From Elusimicrobiaceae bacterium (GTDB taxonomy: Bacteria > Elusimicrobiota > Elusimicrobia > Elusimicrobiales > Elusimicrobiaceae), in NCBI GenBank assembly GCA_017534965.1, contig JAFXVA010000008.1, positions 75,409-139,408 of the forward strand: DNA of 64,000 bases, written 5' to 3'. The notes under the pieces are model-generated. The model saw nothing but the letters and a program-made list of their open reading frames with translations, made no database searches and was not told the DNA's origin. Every line of letters starts with the position of its first letter. Position 1 is the first letter of the stretch. Shown here piece after piece: positions 1 to 9,650 of this stretch. The translations under genes were made by a program, and so were the position numbers.

Positions 1-218
1 TAGAATTTTTAAAAAAGATGACCGATTTGATAAGTTATATGGTGCCTAAATATATAAAAGAAGGTAAATCTTATTTAACAATTGCTATCGGTTGCACTGG
101 GGGCAAACATAGAAGTGTTTTTATGGCCCATAAACTTGCCCAAGATCTTGCAGCAAAAAAATTTAAAGTGTCAGAATTTCATAGAGATATACAAATAGTA
201 AAGAAGGAAGTATGGTAA
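1..218 (+). CDS. rapZ: RapZ / YhbJ-family RNase adapter protein, C-terminal fragment (5' end lies upstream of the window)
   Basis: Reading frame is open to the left edge from nt 3. C-terminal motif [15 protein letters not shown] is typical of RapZ. Confidence 0.8.
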   Translation, partial: EFLKKMTDLISYMVPKYIKEGKSYLTIAIGCTGGKHRSVFMAHKLAQDLAAKKFKVSEFHRDIQIVKKEVW

Positions 219-601
219 AAATAATTTTAATTTCCCATGGTAATATGGCGCAGTCTTTGCTGGAAACGGCCTCTCAAATTGGTTCTTTTGATACTAAAGA
301 AATTGATACTTTTAGTGTCAGCGGAAAAGGGGATTTAGAAAATCTTCCCCAAAAAATACTTAAGGCCTTGGGAGATAACGGCACCTTAATTTTGGTTGAT
401 ACTTTTGGCGGTTCTGCTTGTAATAGTGCTGTTCAAAGCACTCAACATTTACAGAGTGTCAAAGTTATTTGCGGAGTAAACTTAAATATGTTACTTTCCG
501 CAATTAACAATAAAGATAAAATGGATTTAATAAGTTTAGCTCGTAAAGTTTTAGAGGATGGTAAAAAATCACTGATAGATATTAGTGATAAATTAAAGTA
601 G
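212..601 (+). CDS. PTS EIIA component, mannose/fructose/sorbose family
   Basis: N-terminal [12 protein letters not shown] matches the EIIA-Man phospho-His loop. First gene of a IIA-IIB-IIC-IID series. Overlaps rapZ by 7 nt. Confidence 0.8.
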   Translation: MVKIILISHGNMAQSLLETASQIGSFDTKEIDTFSVSGKGDLENLPQKILKALGDNGTLILVDTFGGSACNSAVQSTQHLQSVKVICGVNLNMLLSAINNKDKMDLISLARKVLEDGKKSLIDISDKLK

Positions 602-602
602 T

Positions 603-1061
603 ATGATTTGTTTTACAAGAGTTGATAGTCGGCTTATCCATGGTCAAGTAGTGCAGGCATGGCTTCCGGAAATAAAACCGGAAAAGGTGCTTGTTATAAG
701 TGAACAAGCTACTCAAAGTTCTTTAATGACAAAAATGATGCGTATGGCTTTGCCCCAAGGTTATGAGCTGGAAGTTTCTACAGCAAAAGAGGCCTTACAA
801 TCTTTAAAAAAAGATGAGGCAAAAAAAGTTTTTGTCTTGATTGAAGACTTAAATCAACTTTTAGAACTTGCCGAACAAAATATTTCTTTGAAAAAAGTAA
901 ATATAGGCAATACAAAATATGAAGAAGGTAAAAAGGAATATAGCGCAGGAGTATATTTTGATAAAAAAGATTTAGCTATTATTTCCTCTTTACAAAAAAA
1001 AGATATTACCTTTAGTATAAAAGCTTTACCTTCTTCTTTGGAGGCAAAAATAAATGCTTGA
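603..1061 (+). CDS. PTS EIIB component, mannose/sorbose family
   Basis: RVDSRLIHGQVVQAW matches the EIIB-Man active-site His motif. Confidence 0.85.
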   Translation: MICFTRVDSRLIHGQVVQAWLPEIKPEKVLVISEQATQSSLMTKMMRMALPQGYELEVSTAKEALQSLKKDEAKKVFVLIEDLNQLLELAEQNISLKKVNIGNTKYEEGKKEYSAGVYFDKKDLAIISSLQKKDITFSIKALPSSLEAKINA

Positions 1062-1665
1062 GCTTATAATTGCTTGCGCAGCCCTTGCTTTGCTTGAAAT
1101 GGATACAACTTATTTAGGGCAGTTTTTATTTTCAAGACCGGCCTGCACCGGCGCTATTATGGGTTATATTTGCGGAGATTTCTTTTTGGGCTTGCAACTT
1201 GGTGTGTTTACGGAACTTCTCTTTATTGATTTTGTCCCCGTAGGCGGTTTCGTTCCACCCAGCGGTGCAATTTGCGCAGGGATAGGGGTTATTTTATCAA
1301 CCTATTTTAATATGGATATTTATTTTTCCTTTTTTATAGGATTAATTCTATCTTTATTATTTGCTTTTGTAGAAAAAGCATTAAGAAAATACCGCTCAAA
1401 ACTTTTACCCTCTATTGAAAAACAACTTATAGAAGGTTCTTTAACCCCGAGCAGTTTGATTGCGCAGAGTTTTCTTGTAGAATATATGGCTGTTTTTATT
1501 TTTGTATTAATTATGATAACTTTATTTGGTCCTGCTTTTTGTTATATAGATGGAAATATTCCCAAAAGTTTACATATTGCTTTTAAATTTTCTTATTTTC
1601 TTGTGCCTTGGATTGGGCTTTCAATGTTGTTTATTTCTTTTAGCACAAAACCGAAGGTGGACTAA
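1054..1665 (+). CDS. PTS EIIC component, mannose family (membrane)
   Basis: 203-aa polytopic hydrophobic protein located between IIB and IID. Confidence 0.7.
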   Translation: MLELIIACAALALLEMDTTYLGQFLFSRPACTGAIMGYICGDFFLGLQLGVFTELLFIDFVPVGGFVPPSGAICAGIGVILSTYFNMDIYFSFFIGLILSLLFAFVEKALRKYRSKLLPSIEKQLIEGSLTPSSLIAQSFLVEYMAVFIFVLIMITLFGPAFCYIDGNIPKSLHIAFKFSYFLVPWIGLSMLFISFSTKPKVD

Positions 1666-2480
1666 TGAAAATAAATTTCTTTAAAATCTTTTTAAGAACT
1701 TTCCTTTTACAGATATTTTGGAACTATAGAAAAATGCAAAATATCGGTAGATTATTTGTTGTCTTACCTGTTTTGAAGAATCTTTATAAAGATAATCCGG
1801 ATATGCTAAAAAGAGCCATACAACGCAACTTGGATGCTTTTAACTCTAATCCTGTTATGGCTTCTTACAGCTTAGGTGCTATTATAAAACAAGAAGAAAA
1901 AATAGCAAAAACAGAACCGGTAAGACTTGCCGGCGAAGAAAGAGAATTGCGTGCCATATCTATCAGCACAGCAAATACGGTGGCCTCTATTGGAGATAGA
2001 CTTTTTTGGGCAACTTTAAAACCTTTTTCTTTACTTTTACTTATAATAACTCTTTACACTGTTCAAGTTTACACCTTTAAAAATTTAGAAACCCCAACAG
2101 AACGAGTTTTTGCTGCTATAGGAGCAGTAATATTTTCCTTATTCGTTTACAATGTTCCTGCTTTAATAGTGCGCTATAAAGGTTTAAAAGATAGTTATAA
2201 CGGAACGGAAGATAATTTTTATGGCTTAATTAAAGTAAATTGGAACAGAATTATTTATGCTTTAAAAACTACGGGACAGATTTTAACTTTCGGTATTTTT
2301 GTTTATAGTTTATATATAAACTTTGCCGGCGAAGGCCTTAGCGCTGATTTGCTTACAAGAACCGCTTTGCTTGTTTCCTTTTTAGTGCTAAGTATATGGA
2401 CAAAAAAATTAAATATTCCTAATATTTATCTTTATATTGTGGCAACAATTATTTTCTGTGCGGCTTCGTTTATAAGTTAA
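1665..2480 (+). CDS. PTS EIID component, mannose family (membrane)
   Basis: 271 aa with a soluble N-terminal part and C-terminal TM segments. Start overlaps the IIC stop. Confidence 0.7.
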   Translation: MKINFFKIFLRTFLLQIFWNYRKMQNIGRLFVVLPVLKNLYKDNPDMLKRAIQRNLDAFNSNPVMASYSLGAIIKQEEKIAKTEPVRLAGEERELRAISISTANTVASIGDRLFWATLKPFSLLLLIITLYTVQVYTFKNLETPTERVFAAIGAVIFSLFVYNVPALIVRYKGLKDSYNGTEDNFYGLIKVNWNRIIYALKTTGQILTFGIFVYSLYINFAGEGLSADLLTRTALLVSFLVLSIWTKKLNIPNIYLYIVATIIFCAASFIS

Positions 2481-2493
2481 AAGAGGTTTAAAA

Positions 2494-2760
2494 GTGATAC
2501 AAGAAAAAATAAAAATAAAAAATAAACTTGGCATACATGCCCGCCCGGCAACTTTACTTGCCCAAGAAGCCGGCAAGTTTAAAAGTGAAATTTTTATTGC
2601 CAAAGACGGCATTGAAGTTAATGCCAAGAGTATTATGGGTATTATGATGATTGCGGCAGAACAAGGTTCTGTTTTAATTCTTACCGTCAAAGGCGATGAC
2701 GAAAAGGACGCCGCAAAAGCTATAAAAAATATTTTTAATAAAATTTTTGAGGAAGAATGA
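2494..2760 (+). CDS. ptsH: phosphocarrier protein HPr
   Basis: 88 aa with GIHARPA (His15) and KSIMG (Ser46) motifs. GTG start preceded by AAGAGG. Confidence 0.92.
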   Translation: MIQEKIKIKNKLGIHARPATLLAQEAGKFKSEIFIAKDGIEVNAKSIMGIMMIAAEQGSVLILTVKGDDEKDAAKAIKNIFNKIFEEE

Positions 2761-4484
2761 TTACATTAAAAGGTATTCCTGCAAGTCCGGGTATTGCTAT
2801 AGGTCCTGCTTATATCGTAAGCAGTGAAGGCACCAATTTTGAAAAAAAGAAAATCCCCCAAACTAATATTGAATGGGAAGTTAGACGCTATCAAGAAGCT
2901 TTGCGTTTAACTTATGACGATTTAACAAAAACACAATCTAATGCGCAAGAACTTTTTGGTAAAAATTTTGCCAAATTAATGGCCGCCCACAAACTTATTT
3001 TACAAGATCCTTTGCTTGTTCAAGGCGTTATAGAAAAAATAAGAAAAGAACAAATTAATGCAGAATATGCCCTTTATCAAGTAGTGCAAGAAGTTAATAC
3101 AACTTTTGAAAAAATTAAAGACGAATTTTTTAGAGAAAGAAAATTTGATATCGCTGATGTTTCCAAAAGATTATTTGACCATTTGGCAAATAAACAACAA
3201 AACACTTTCGCTTCTATTAAAGAACCTTCTGTTGTTATTGCGCATAATTTATTTCCTTCTGATACCATCCATTTAAAGAAAAAAAGCGTTCTTGGTTTCG
3301 CAACAGATTTAGGCGGTAAAACAAGCCATACGGCCTTGCTTGCCCAAAGTATGCAAATGCCGGCTGTCGTCGGTTTAAGCCAGGCAACTGCGCAAATTAA
3401 AAATGGTGATTTAATTATTATTGACGGGCAAGAAGGGCTTTTAATTGTAAATCCGACAACAGAACTTATTGCTCTTTATACAAAAAGAAAAAGTCAAATT
3501 GAAAAAGAAGAAAAATCTTTAAAAAATATCAGTGATTTACCTAATGAAACTTTAGACGGCCATAAAGTTAATCTTTATGTAAACTATGACCCAAGAAGAG
3601 ATTTTAAAGAACTTGATACCTTCCGTTCCGACGGACTTGGCCTTTTAAGAACAGAATTTTTATATATGGATAGGGCTTTGCCACCGACACTGGAAGAACA
3701 GGTTAATATCTATAAAAAAGCTGCTCTTCGTTTTGATACAAGACCTTTTACTATCCGCCTTGCTGACCTAGGGGGCGATAAAATTTCGCAATTTAAACTT
3801 GCTTACCATGAACAAGAGGCAAACCCTTTTATGGGTTGCCGCGGAATAAGACTCTTTTTAAAATATCCCGTTTTAATGAAAACCCAAATCAGAGCCATTA
3901 TCAAAACTGCTTCTTTAGTGCCGGCAAAAGTTAAAATTATGGCACCTATGATTTCTAATGCGGAAGAAGTTATTGAAGTTAAAAAGGTTTTTGAACAAAC
4001 TTTACAGGAAATGCAGGCCGAAAATATTTGCCCGCAAAACAAAATTGATTTCGGTATTATGGTGGAAGTGCCAAGCATTGCTTTAACTTTAGACAGCGTT
4101 ATAAATAAAATTGATTTTGCTTCCATCGGCACTAATGATTTAATACAATATCTTATTGCAGTAGATAGAGGCAACCAGGAAGTAGCCGACCTTTATGACC
4201 CTTACCACCCGGCAGTTTTAAGGATGATAAATACCATTATCCAAACCTGCCATAAAAGAAAAGTTGAAGTGAGTGTCTGTGGGGAAATGGCTTCCGATCC
4301 GGATCTTATTGCCTTTTTAATCGGGCTTGGTATTGATAGCTTGTCTATCTCTACCAGGATGTTCCTGAGAATAAAAAATACTTTGAGGAATTTAAACTTT
4401 GAAGATTGTTCTAATTTAGCGCAAGCAGCTATACTTATGGGCAGTTCTGACGAGATACGCAAATTAAATGAAAAACATTCGTAA
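2757..4484 (+). CDS. ptsI: phosphoenolpyruvate-protein phosphotransferase (Enzyme I)
   Basis: 575 aa with the GGKTSHTALLA phospho-His region and a C-terminal PEP-utilizing domain (GTNDLIQY, CGEMA). Confidence 0.93.
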   Translation: MITLKGIPASPGIAIGPAYIVSSEGTNFEKKKIPQTNIEWEVRRYQEALRLTYDDLTKTQSNAQELFGKNFAKLMAAHKLILQDPLLVQGVIEKIRKEQINAEYALYQVVQEVNTTFEKIKDEFFRERKFDIADVSKRLFDHLANKQQNTFASIKEPSVVIAHNLFPSDTIHLKKKSVLGFATDLGGKTSHTALLAQSMQMPAVVGLSQATAQIKNGDLIIIDGQEGLLIVNPTTELIALYTKRKSQIEKEEKSLKNISDLPNETLDGHKVNLYVNYDPRRDFKELDTFRSDGLGLLRTEFLYMDRALPPTLEEQVNIYKKAALRFDTRPFTIRLADLGGDKISQFKLAYHEQEANPFMGCRGIRLFLKYPVLMKTQIRAIIKTASLVPAKVKIMAPMISNAEEVIEVKKVFEQTLQEMQAENICPQNKIDFGIMVEVPSIALTLDSVINKIDFASIGTNDLIQYLIAVDRGNQEVADLYDPYHPAVLRMINTIIQTCHKRKVEVSVCGEMASDPDLIAFLIGLGIDSLSISTRMFLRIKNTLRNLNFEDCSNLAQAAILMGSSDEIRKLNEKHS

Positions 4485-6288
4485 TTTTTCTATCGTGGCG
4501 CATATTGACCACGGCAAAACAACCCTTTCAGATAGAATTTTAGAAGATACCGGCACCGTGCCAAAGCGCAAAATGCACGCGCAACTTTTAGATGGTATGG
4601 ACCTTGAACGCGAGCGCGGTATTACAATTAAAGCAAAAGCGGTCCGCATAAAATATAAAGATTATATTTTAAATTTAATTGACACTCCGGGACATGTAGA
4701 TTTTTCTTATGAAGTGGCAAGAAGTTTGCGCGCTTGCGAAGGCGTTTTACTCTTGGTTGATGCTTCACAAGGAGTTGAAGCCCAAACCGTTGCCCACGCC
4801 CATCTTGCGCAAAGTCTTGGCCTTAAAATAATCCCTGTTATAAACAAAGTTGACCTTAGCCAAAGTGATGCTGATATCGCAGAAGAACAACTTTGGGAAG
4901 TTCTAAAAGAACCTATTACCGCACAAAGAGTAAGCGCAAAAACCGGGCTTGGTATTGAAGATTTACTTGAAAGAATTGTTAAAGATATTCCTGCCCCTGA
5001 AGGCGAGAAAACTGCTCCTACGCGCGCTCTTGTTTTTGATTCTTTTTATGACCCTTTTAGAGGTGTTGTTTTATATGTCCGTATGGTTGACGGCGTTTTG
5101 AAAGCAGGCCAAACCTTAAAATTAATGGCTTCCGGCTTTACATCTAAAATTGAAGAAGTCGGCTTTTTAACGCCTAAAGCACAAAAAAATCAACAAATTG
5201 AAGCCGGCGAAGTAGGTTATGTTGTAGCAGGTATTAAAGATATACACCAAGTGCAAGTTGGAGATACTATTACCACTTTAGATAATCCCGCCACTACCGC
5301 TTTACAAGGCTACACTGAAACAAAGCCGGTAGTGTTTGCCAGTATTTTTCCTGTTGAATCAACTGAATATCCTTTACTTAGAACTGCTCTTGAAAAATTA
5401 AACTTATCAGATTCTTCTTTCAGTTATCAAAGCGAAACATCTAAAGCCCTTGGCTTTGGTTTTAGACTTGGTTTTATGGGTCTTTTACATATTGAAATTG
5501 TTAAAGAAAGACTTGAGCGCGAATTTAATTTGTCTTTAATTGCAACAAGCCCAAATGTTATTTATCAAGTAAAATTTACACCGCGCAAAAGCCACCCGCA
5601 GGAATTAAGCGCGCTAGCTGATGCCGGCAATGGCTATAAATGGATAGATAATCCGGCCAATTTCCCGCCTTACGGTGATATTATTGATATTAAAGAACCG
5701 ACAATAAAAATTAAAATCGTTTGCCCTATTGCTTATATGGATGGCGTAATGACACTTTTAAAAGAAAAGCGCGGCACATTTATCAGTATGGAGCAACTTT
5801 CAAGCCAAAGAGTTGTTATTAACTACTATATGCCTATGGCGGAAATGGTTATAGATTTTTATAATAAACTTAAATCAGTTTCAAAGGGTTATGCTTCTTT
5901 TGATTATGAAATTGACGAGTATAGAAGCTCTGATGTTGTGTTAATGGAAATTTTAATACACGGCAGCCCTGTTGATGCTTTAAGTGTTATTACCCATAAA
6001 GATAAAGCCGTTTCACGCGGACGCCTTTTATGCGAAAAATTAAAAGAGTTAATCGGCCGTCAGCAATTTGAAGTAGCCGTTCAAGCAAGAGTTAACGGCA
6101 AAATTGTTGCACGCGAAACAATACCCGCATATCGCAAAGATGTTATTGCCAAATGCTACGGTGGCGATATTACCCGCAAAAGAAAACTTCTTGAAAAACA
6201 AAAAGAAGGTAAGAAAAGAATGAAGAGTATTGGTAATGTTAATATACCCCAAGAAGCTTTTATTGCAATGCTCAAAATAGAAGAGTAG
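4468..6288 (+). CDS. lepA: elongation factor 4 (LepA)
   Basis: 606 aa with AHIDHGKTT, DTPGH and NKVD GTPase motifs and a LepA-type C-terminal domain. Confidence 0.96.
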   Translation: MKNIRNFSIVAHIDHGKTTLSDRILEDTGTVPKRKMHAQLLDGMDLERERGITIKAKAVRIKYKDYILNLIDTPGHVDFSYEVARSLRACEGVLLLVDASQGVEAQTVAHAHLAQSLGLKIIPVINKVDLSQSDADIAEEQLWEVLKEPITAQRVSAKTGLGIEDLLERIVKDIPAPEGEKTAPTRALVFDSFYDPFRGVVLYVRMVDGVLKAGQTLKLMASGFTSKIEEVGFLTPKAQKNQQIEAGEVGYVVAGIKDIHQVQVGDTITTLDNPATTALQGYTETKPVVFASIFPVESTEYPLLRTALEKLNLSDSSFSYQSETSKALGFGFRLGFMGLLHIEIVKERLEREFNLSLIATSPNVIYQVKFTPRKSHPQELSALADAGNGYKWIDNPANFPPYGDIIDIKEPTIKIKIVCPIAYMDGVMTLLKEKRGTFISMEQLSSQRVVINYYMPMAEMVIDFYNKLKSVSKGYASFDYEIDEYRSSDVVLMEILIHGSPVDALSVITHKDKAVSRGRLLCEKLKELIGRQQFEVAVQARVNGKIVARETIPAYRKDVIAKCYGGDITRKRKLLEKQKEGKKRMKSIGNVNIPQEAFIAMLKIEE

Positions 6289-6367
6289 TTCTTTTATTTT
6301 TTTGTTTTATTTTTTTGTAAAATATTTTTACTCTCTTTTATCCCCAATTTAACTAGGGAGAAATGTT

Positions 6368-6940
6368 ATGAATAATATTTTATTTATCAATGCTTGTGCG
6401 CGTAAAGATTCACGCACAAAAGAAATTGCGGATGTCATTTTATCAAGACTTAACGGCAAAATTACCGAAGTAAATTTATTAAAAGAAAATTTAAAACCCT
6501 TAACGGAAGAAGATATAAATTTGCGTTTTTCTTTACTTTCAAAAAAAGATTTTTCTAACGCTATTTTTGATAAAGCGCGTGAGTTTGCTACTGCCGATAT
6601 TATTGTTATAGCAGCACCTTTTTATGATTATTCCTTCCCAGCGGTATTAAAAACTTATATTGAAAATATTAATGTTTCAGGTATAGTCTTTCGCTACACC
6701 GAAAAAGGCGAAATTGAGGGCCTTTGCAAAGCAAAAAAATTAATTTATACAACAACTGCCGGCGGACCGATTTTAAATGATGATTTTGGCTATGGCTATA
6801 TCAAATATCTTTGCAATAATTTTTACGGCATAAAAGATACAACTTTTATTAAAGCCGAAGGCCTTGATATTTGGGGCGCAGATATTTCTGATATAATGCA
6901 AAAAGCCAAAGCAGAGGCACAAAAAATAAACCTGTTGTAA
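6368..6940 (+). CDS. flavodoxin-like fold NAD(P)H-dependent oxidoreductase (azoreductase/quinone reductase-like)
   Basis: 190 aa. N-terminal ILFINACARKDSRT and the overall pattern fit the FMN-dependent NAD(P)H oxidoreductase fold. Confidence 0.6.
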   Translation: MNNILFINACARKDSRTKEIADVILSRLNGKITEVNLLKENLKPLTEEDINLRFSLLSKKDFSNAIFDKAREFATADIIVIAAPFYDYSFPAVLKTYIENINVSGIVFRYTEKGEIEGLCKAKKLIYTTTAGGPILNDDFGYGYIKYLCNNFYGIKDTTFIKAEGLDIWGADISDIMQKAKAEAQKINLL

Positions 6941-6968
6941 AAGCCATATATTTTTATATAATAGAAGT

Positions 6969-7514
6969 ATGAAGAAACAAAAGAAAAAAAATACCCGTAA
7001 GGCCTTTACCTTAATGGAAGTTCTTATAGTAGTAATAATACTAAGTGTTTTAGCTATTATTGCTATCCCCAATTATCAGAAAACTTTAATAAAATCCAGA
7101 TATGATACTTTAAAAACTTATGCAAAAACTATAGTTCTTGCTGCAGATAGATATCAAATGCAAAGCGGACATTATACTACCAAATTTTCCGAATTAGATA
7201 TAACTTACCCTATAGATTCTACTACTGATCATGATGGTTATTCTGTAACAGAATTAAAAAATGGAATAACTTGCACTATAAATGATAATGAAGGCGGAGA
7301 TAGAGAAATGAGAAATGTTATCTGCCAAAGGCAAGTTACCCCTACAGTAGTTATGGCTTATGCGCATCCTTTTTCTTCTTCCCCTAATGTTAGAGAATGT
7401 TGGGTTTTCTCCTCAGATGAAGAAGATTCCCCAAATAAGATTTGTAAAGAAGAGGCCTCGCGCATTACTCCGAATTTACAAGAAAACGGAGCAAATATTT
7501 ATTTCTATAATTAG
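6969..7514 (+). CDS. pilin-like protein with prepilin-type N-terminal cleavage/methylation signal
   Basis: KAFTLMEVLIVVIILSVLAIIAIPNY is a class III signal plus hydrophobic helix. C-terminal Cys pair present. Confidence 0.8.
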   Translation: MKKQKKKNTRKAFTLMEVLIVVIILSVLAIIAIPNYQKTLIKSRYDTLKTYAKTIVLAADRYQMQSGHYTTKFSELDITYPIDSTTDHDGYSVTELKNGITCTINDNEGGDREMRNVICQRQVTPTVVMAYAHPFSSSPNVRECWVFSSDEEDSPNKICKEEASRITPNLQENGANIYFYN

Positions 7515-7546
7515 TTAGTATAGGAATAACTATATTTTTTTATTTT

Positions 7547-8488
7547 CTAATCAAAATGTAATGCTTTAATTAAGCTTTCCATATACATATATCGGCGCAG
7601 TTTTACCCCCATATTCGCGCCGGCTTTATCTGCTTCTATAGTTGATTTTTCTGCCGCGTCACCACGGCTTATCCGCCTGTAAACACTATACATCTGGGCT
7701 ATTACCCTAGATGGCTCACCCACATATCCTGCAAGCATTGTGGCAAAAAAATGATACCAATCACCAAATTTATTTGGACTTTTCTCGTATAAATTAACAA
7801 GTTTGTGGTTTACCATAGTATCTTCTCTATCCTTTTCAAAAGTGGCATCTGAAAGGACATTTTCAATAGTCAAAATTGTTAAATAAAGATTTCCTTTATT
7901 TAAGATATAACTCTTATGAAAAAGAGCTTCTATATTAACAGAATTATCCGGCTGGGTTCTTAGCCAATTTATTAAAGGTATTTCCTGTCCTACATACAAG
8001 AAACGGGAAGATGACGCCGTTGCTAAAGCCATAATAATTTTAGAAAATAAGTGTTTATGATAATAATTGTTCCAAGCATGAACTCTGCCCCCTGAAAATT
8101 TAATACCTTTCTTTTCTTCTTCCTCTATTATTTTTTTAATTGCTTCTAAAGTTTTTTCTTGATTAAATAACGGCTTTGCCTGAGTATTATCTACAACAGG
8201 TCTTACCTTTGTTTTAATGATAGGGTTTTCTTTTGCAAAACGAGGTGTCCTAAGTTGACTTTCCTGCGGAGGAACATTTGTTTGTGTTATAACTTTCTTT
8301 ACCCCTGTTGTGCAAGTATCGGAAAACAATTTAAGTAAGACTTCATCCCCTTTTTCATCTCGTAACATTAGCTTTTCTTGCTTATAGGTAATAGCATTAT
8401 TACTTTGGGCAAAAATAAAACCGGTGGTATTCAAAAATAATACCGACGCTAAAATTAAAGGAGAAAAATTTGTTAAAAGTGTATTCAT
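7547..8488 (-). CDS. hypothetical secreted protein
   Basis: 313-aa ORF with an N-terminal signal-like segment (LILASVLFLNTTGFIFAQ). No recognisable domain. Confidence 0.55.
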   Translation of the reverse strand: MNTLLTNFSPLILASVLFLNTTGFIFAQSNNAITYKQEKLMLRDEKGDEVLLKLFSDTCTTGVKKVITQTNVPPQESQLRTPRFAKENPIIKTKVRPVVDNTQAKPLFNQEKTLEAIKKIIEEEEKKGIKFSGGRVHAWNNYYHKHLFSKIIMALATASSSRFLYVGQEIPLINWLRTQPDNSVNIEALFHKSYILNKGNLYLTILTIENVLSDATFEKDREDTMVNHKLVNLYEKSPNKFGDWYHFFATMLAGYVGEPSRVIAQMYSVYRRISRGDAAEKSTIEADKAGANMGVKLRRYMYMESLIKALHFD

Positions 8489-8577
8489 AACCTTTCCTGT
8501 ATTTATATATTATATGCTTTTATTAATATTTGTCAATCTTTGTTTATAATAAGGAACGAATAAAAATTACTAATATT

Positions 8578-8586
8578 TGATATAAT
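8578..8586 (+). promoter_or_regulatory. extended -10 promoter element (TGATATAAT) for the 8624 operon
   Basis: TGnTATAAT match about 38 nt upstream of the ATG. Confidence 0.4.
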
Positions 8587-8623
8587 TTTTGTAGCAGTAA
8601 ATATATAAAAAGGAGTTATTTAT

Positions 8624-9649
8624 ATGAAAAAACTAACTATACTTGCAATAAGTATAATTCTTCTTATTGCCTGCGGCGGAAACAAAAATACAAAAACTAA
8701 TACAAGCAAATCAAACGCAGATATGGCTTTAACACAACTAACAACGCTTAAAACAACATTTTCAGATTCCTTCGGCAGAACAGACCCCAATGATGCCGTT
8801 AGTAATGCTATTTTAACAAGTGATTTGGATACTTTTAAACAATATTATAACTCCCTTGAAGCAGAAAAACTTAATGATTACCTTTCTTATGCTGCAGGCA
8901 TTTGCGACCCTTTCAGAAGACGCGGCAGAAAAGAACCTGTTGCCGCCCGCTGCCAAAAAGATAACAACACCGAAATTATCCGTATGTTAATTGCCAAAGG
9001 CGCAAAAGGCGATTATATAAATTTCGTCAAAAAAGAAGGGTATTCTCTATATCTGGCAAAAACCCTTGCCTCTAATTTAAAAGAGTGGAACCCGGGCGCA
9101 GTTAAATATATGCTTGCCGGACTTGATAAATGTTTAGTTGCTTTAACACAAATGCAGGGCGCAGATACAAGTAAATCAAATTACTATGTTTATGCAGATT
9201 TCTGGCGTGATAATAATTGTTCTACCAAAAATTATAAAAAAGCTTACGGCAGATATAATAAAGGAGATAAAGAACTTTTTGCTTTAATAGGTGCAAGTAA
9301 AGAAACAATTTTAAACCAATTTGGCCAGACACCTACAATTCACGAACGCCCAAGCGAACATAGAGAAGTTCTTACCTATAAAACAGCCGAAGAAAGAGAA
9401 TATAAATATTCTGTTAGTGGCAAACAAGGTGTTGCTTCCGATTATTCCGTTGAAGAATATCACTATATCTTTACCATTGACCGCGGCGTTGTTACCCAGG
9501 TAGAAAAAATATTTGCTTCCAAAACAGACGGCAAAGGCCAAACAAAAGAAATTGACCAAGAAAAATTAAAACAAAGCCAAAAGAATTTGGAAGAAAGCCA
9601 TAAAGGCCAAGTTGCCGAAGGCAGATTGATAAGAAGGTTTTCAAGATAA
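8624..9649 (+). CDS. hypothetical lipoprotein
   Basis: Signal peptide with lipobox-like LLIACGG. AAGGAG RBS. Confidence 0.6.
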   Translation: MKKLTILAISIILLIACGGNKNTKTNTSKSNADMALTQLTTLKTTFSDSFGRTDPNDAVSNAILTSDLDTFKQYYNSLEAEKLNDYLSYAAGICDPFRRRGRKEPVAARCQKDNNTEIIRMLIAKGAKGDYINFVKKEGYSLYLAKTLASNLKEWNPGAVKYMLAGLDKCLVALTQMQGADTSKSNYYVYADFWRDNNCSTKNYKKAYGRYNKGDKELFALIGASKETILNQFGQTPTIHERPSEHREVLTYKTAEEREYKYSVSGKQGVASDYSVEEYHYIFTIDRGVVTQVEKIFASKTDGKGQTKEIDQEKLKQSQKNLEESHKGQVAEGRLIRRFSR

Positions 9650-9650
9650 T

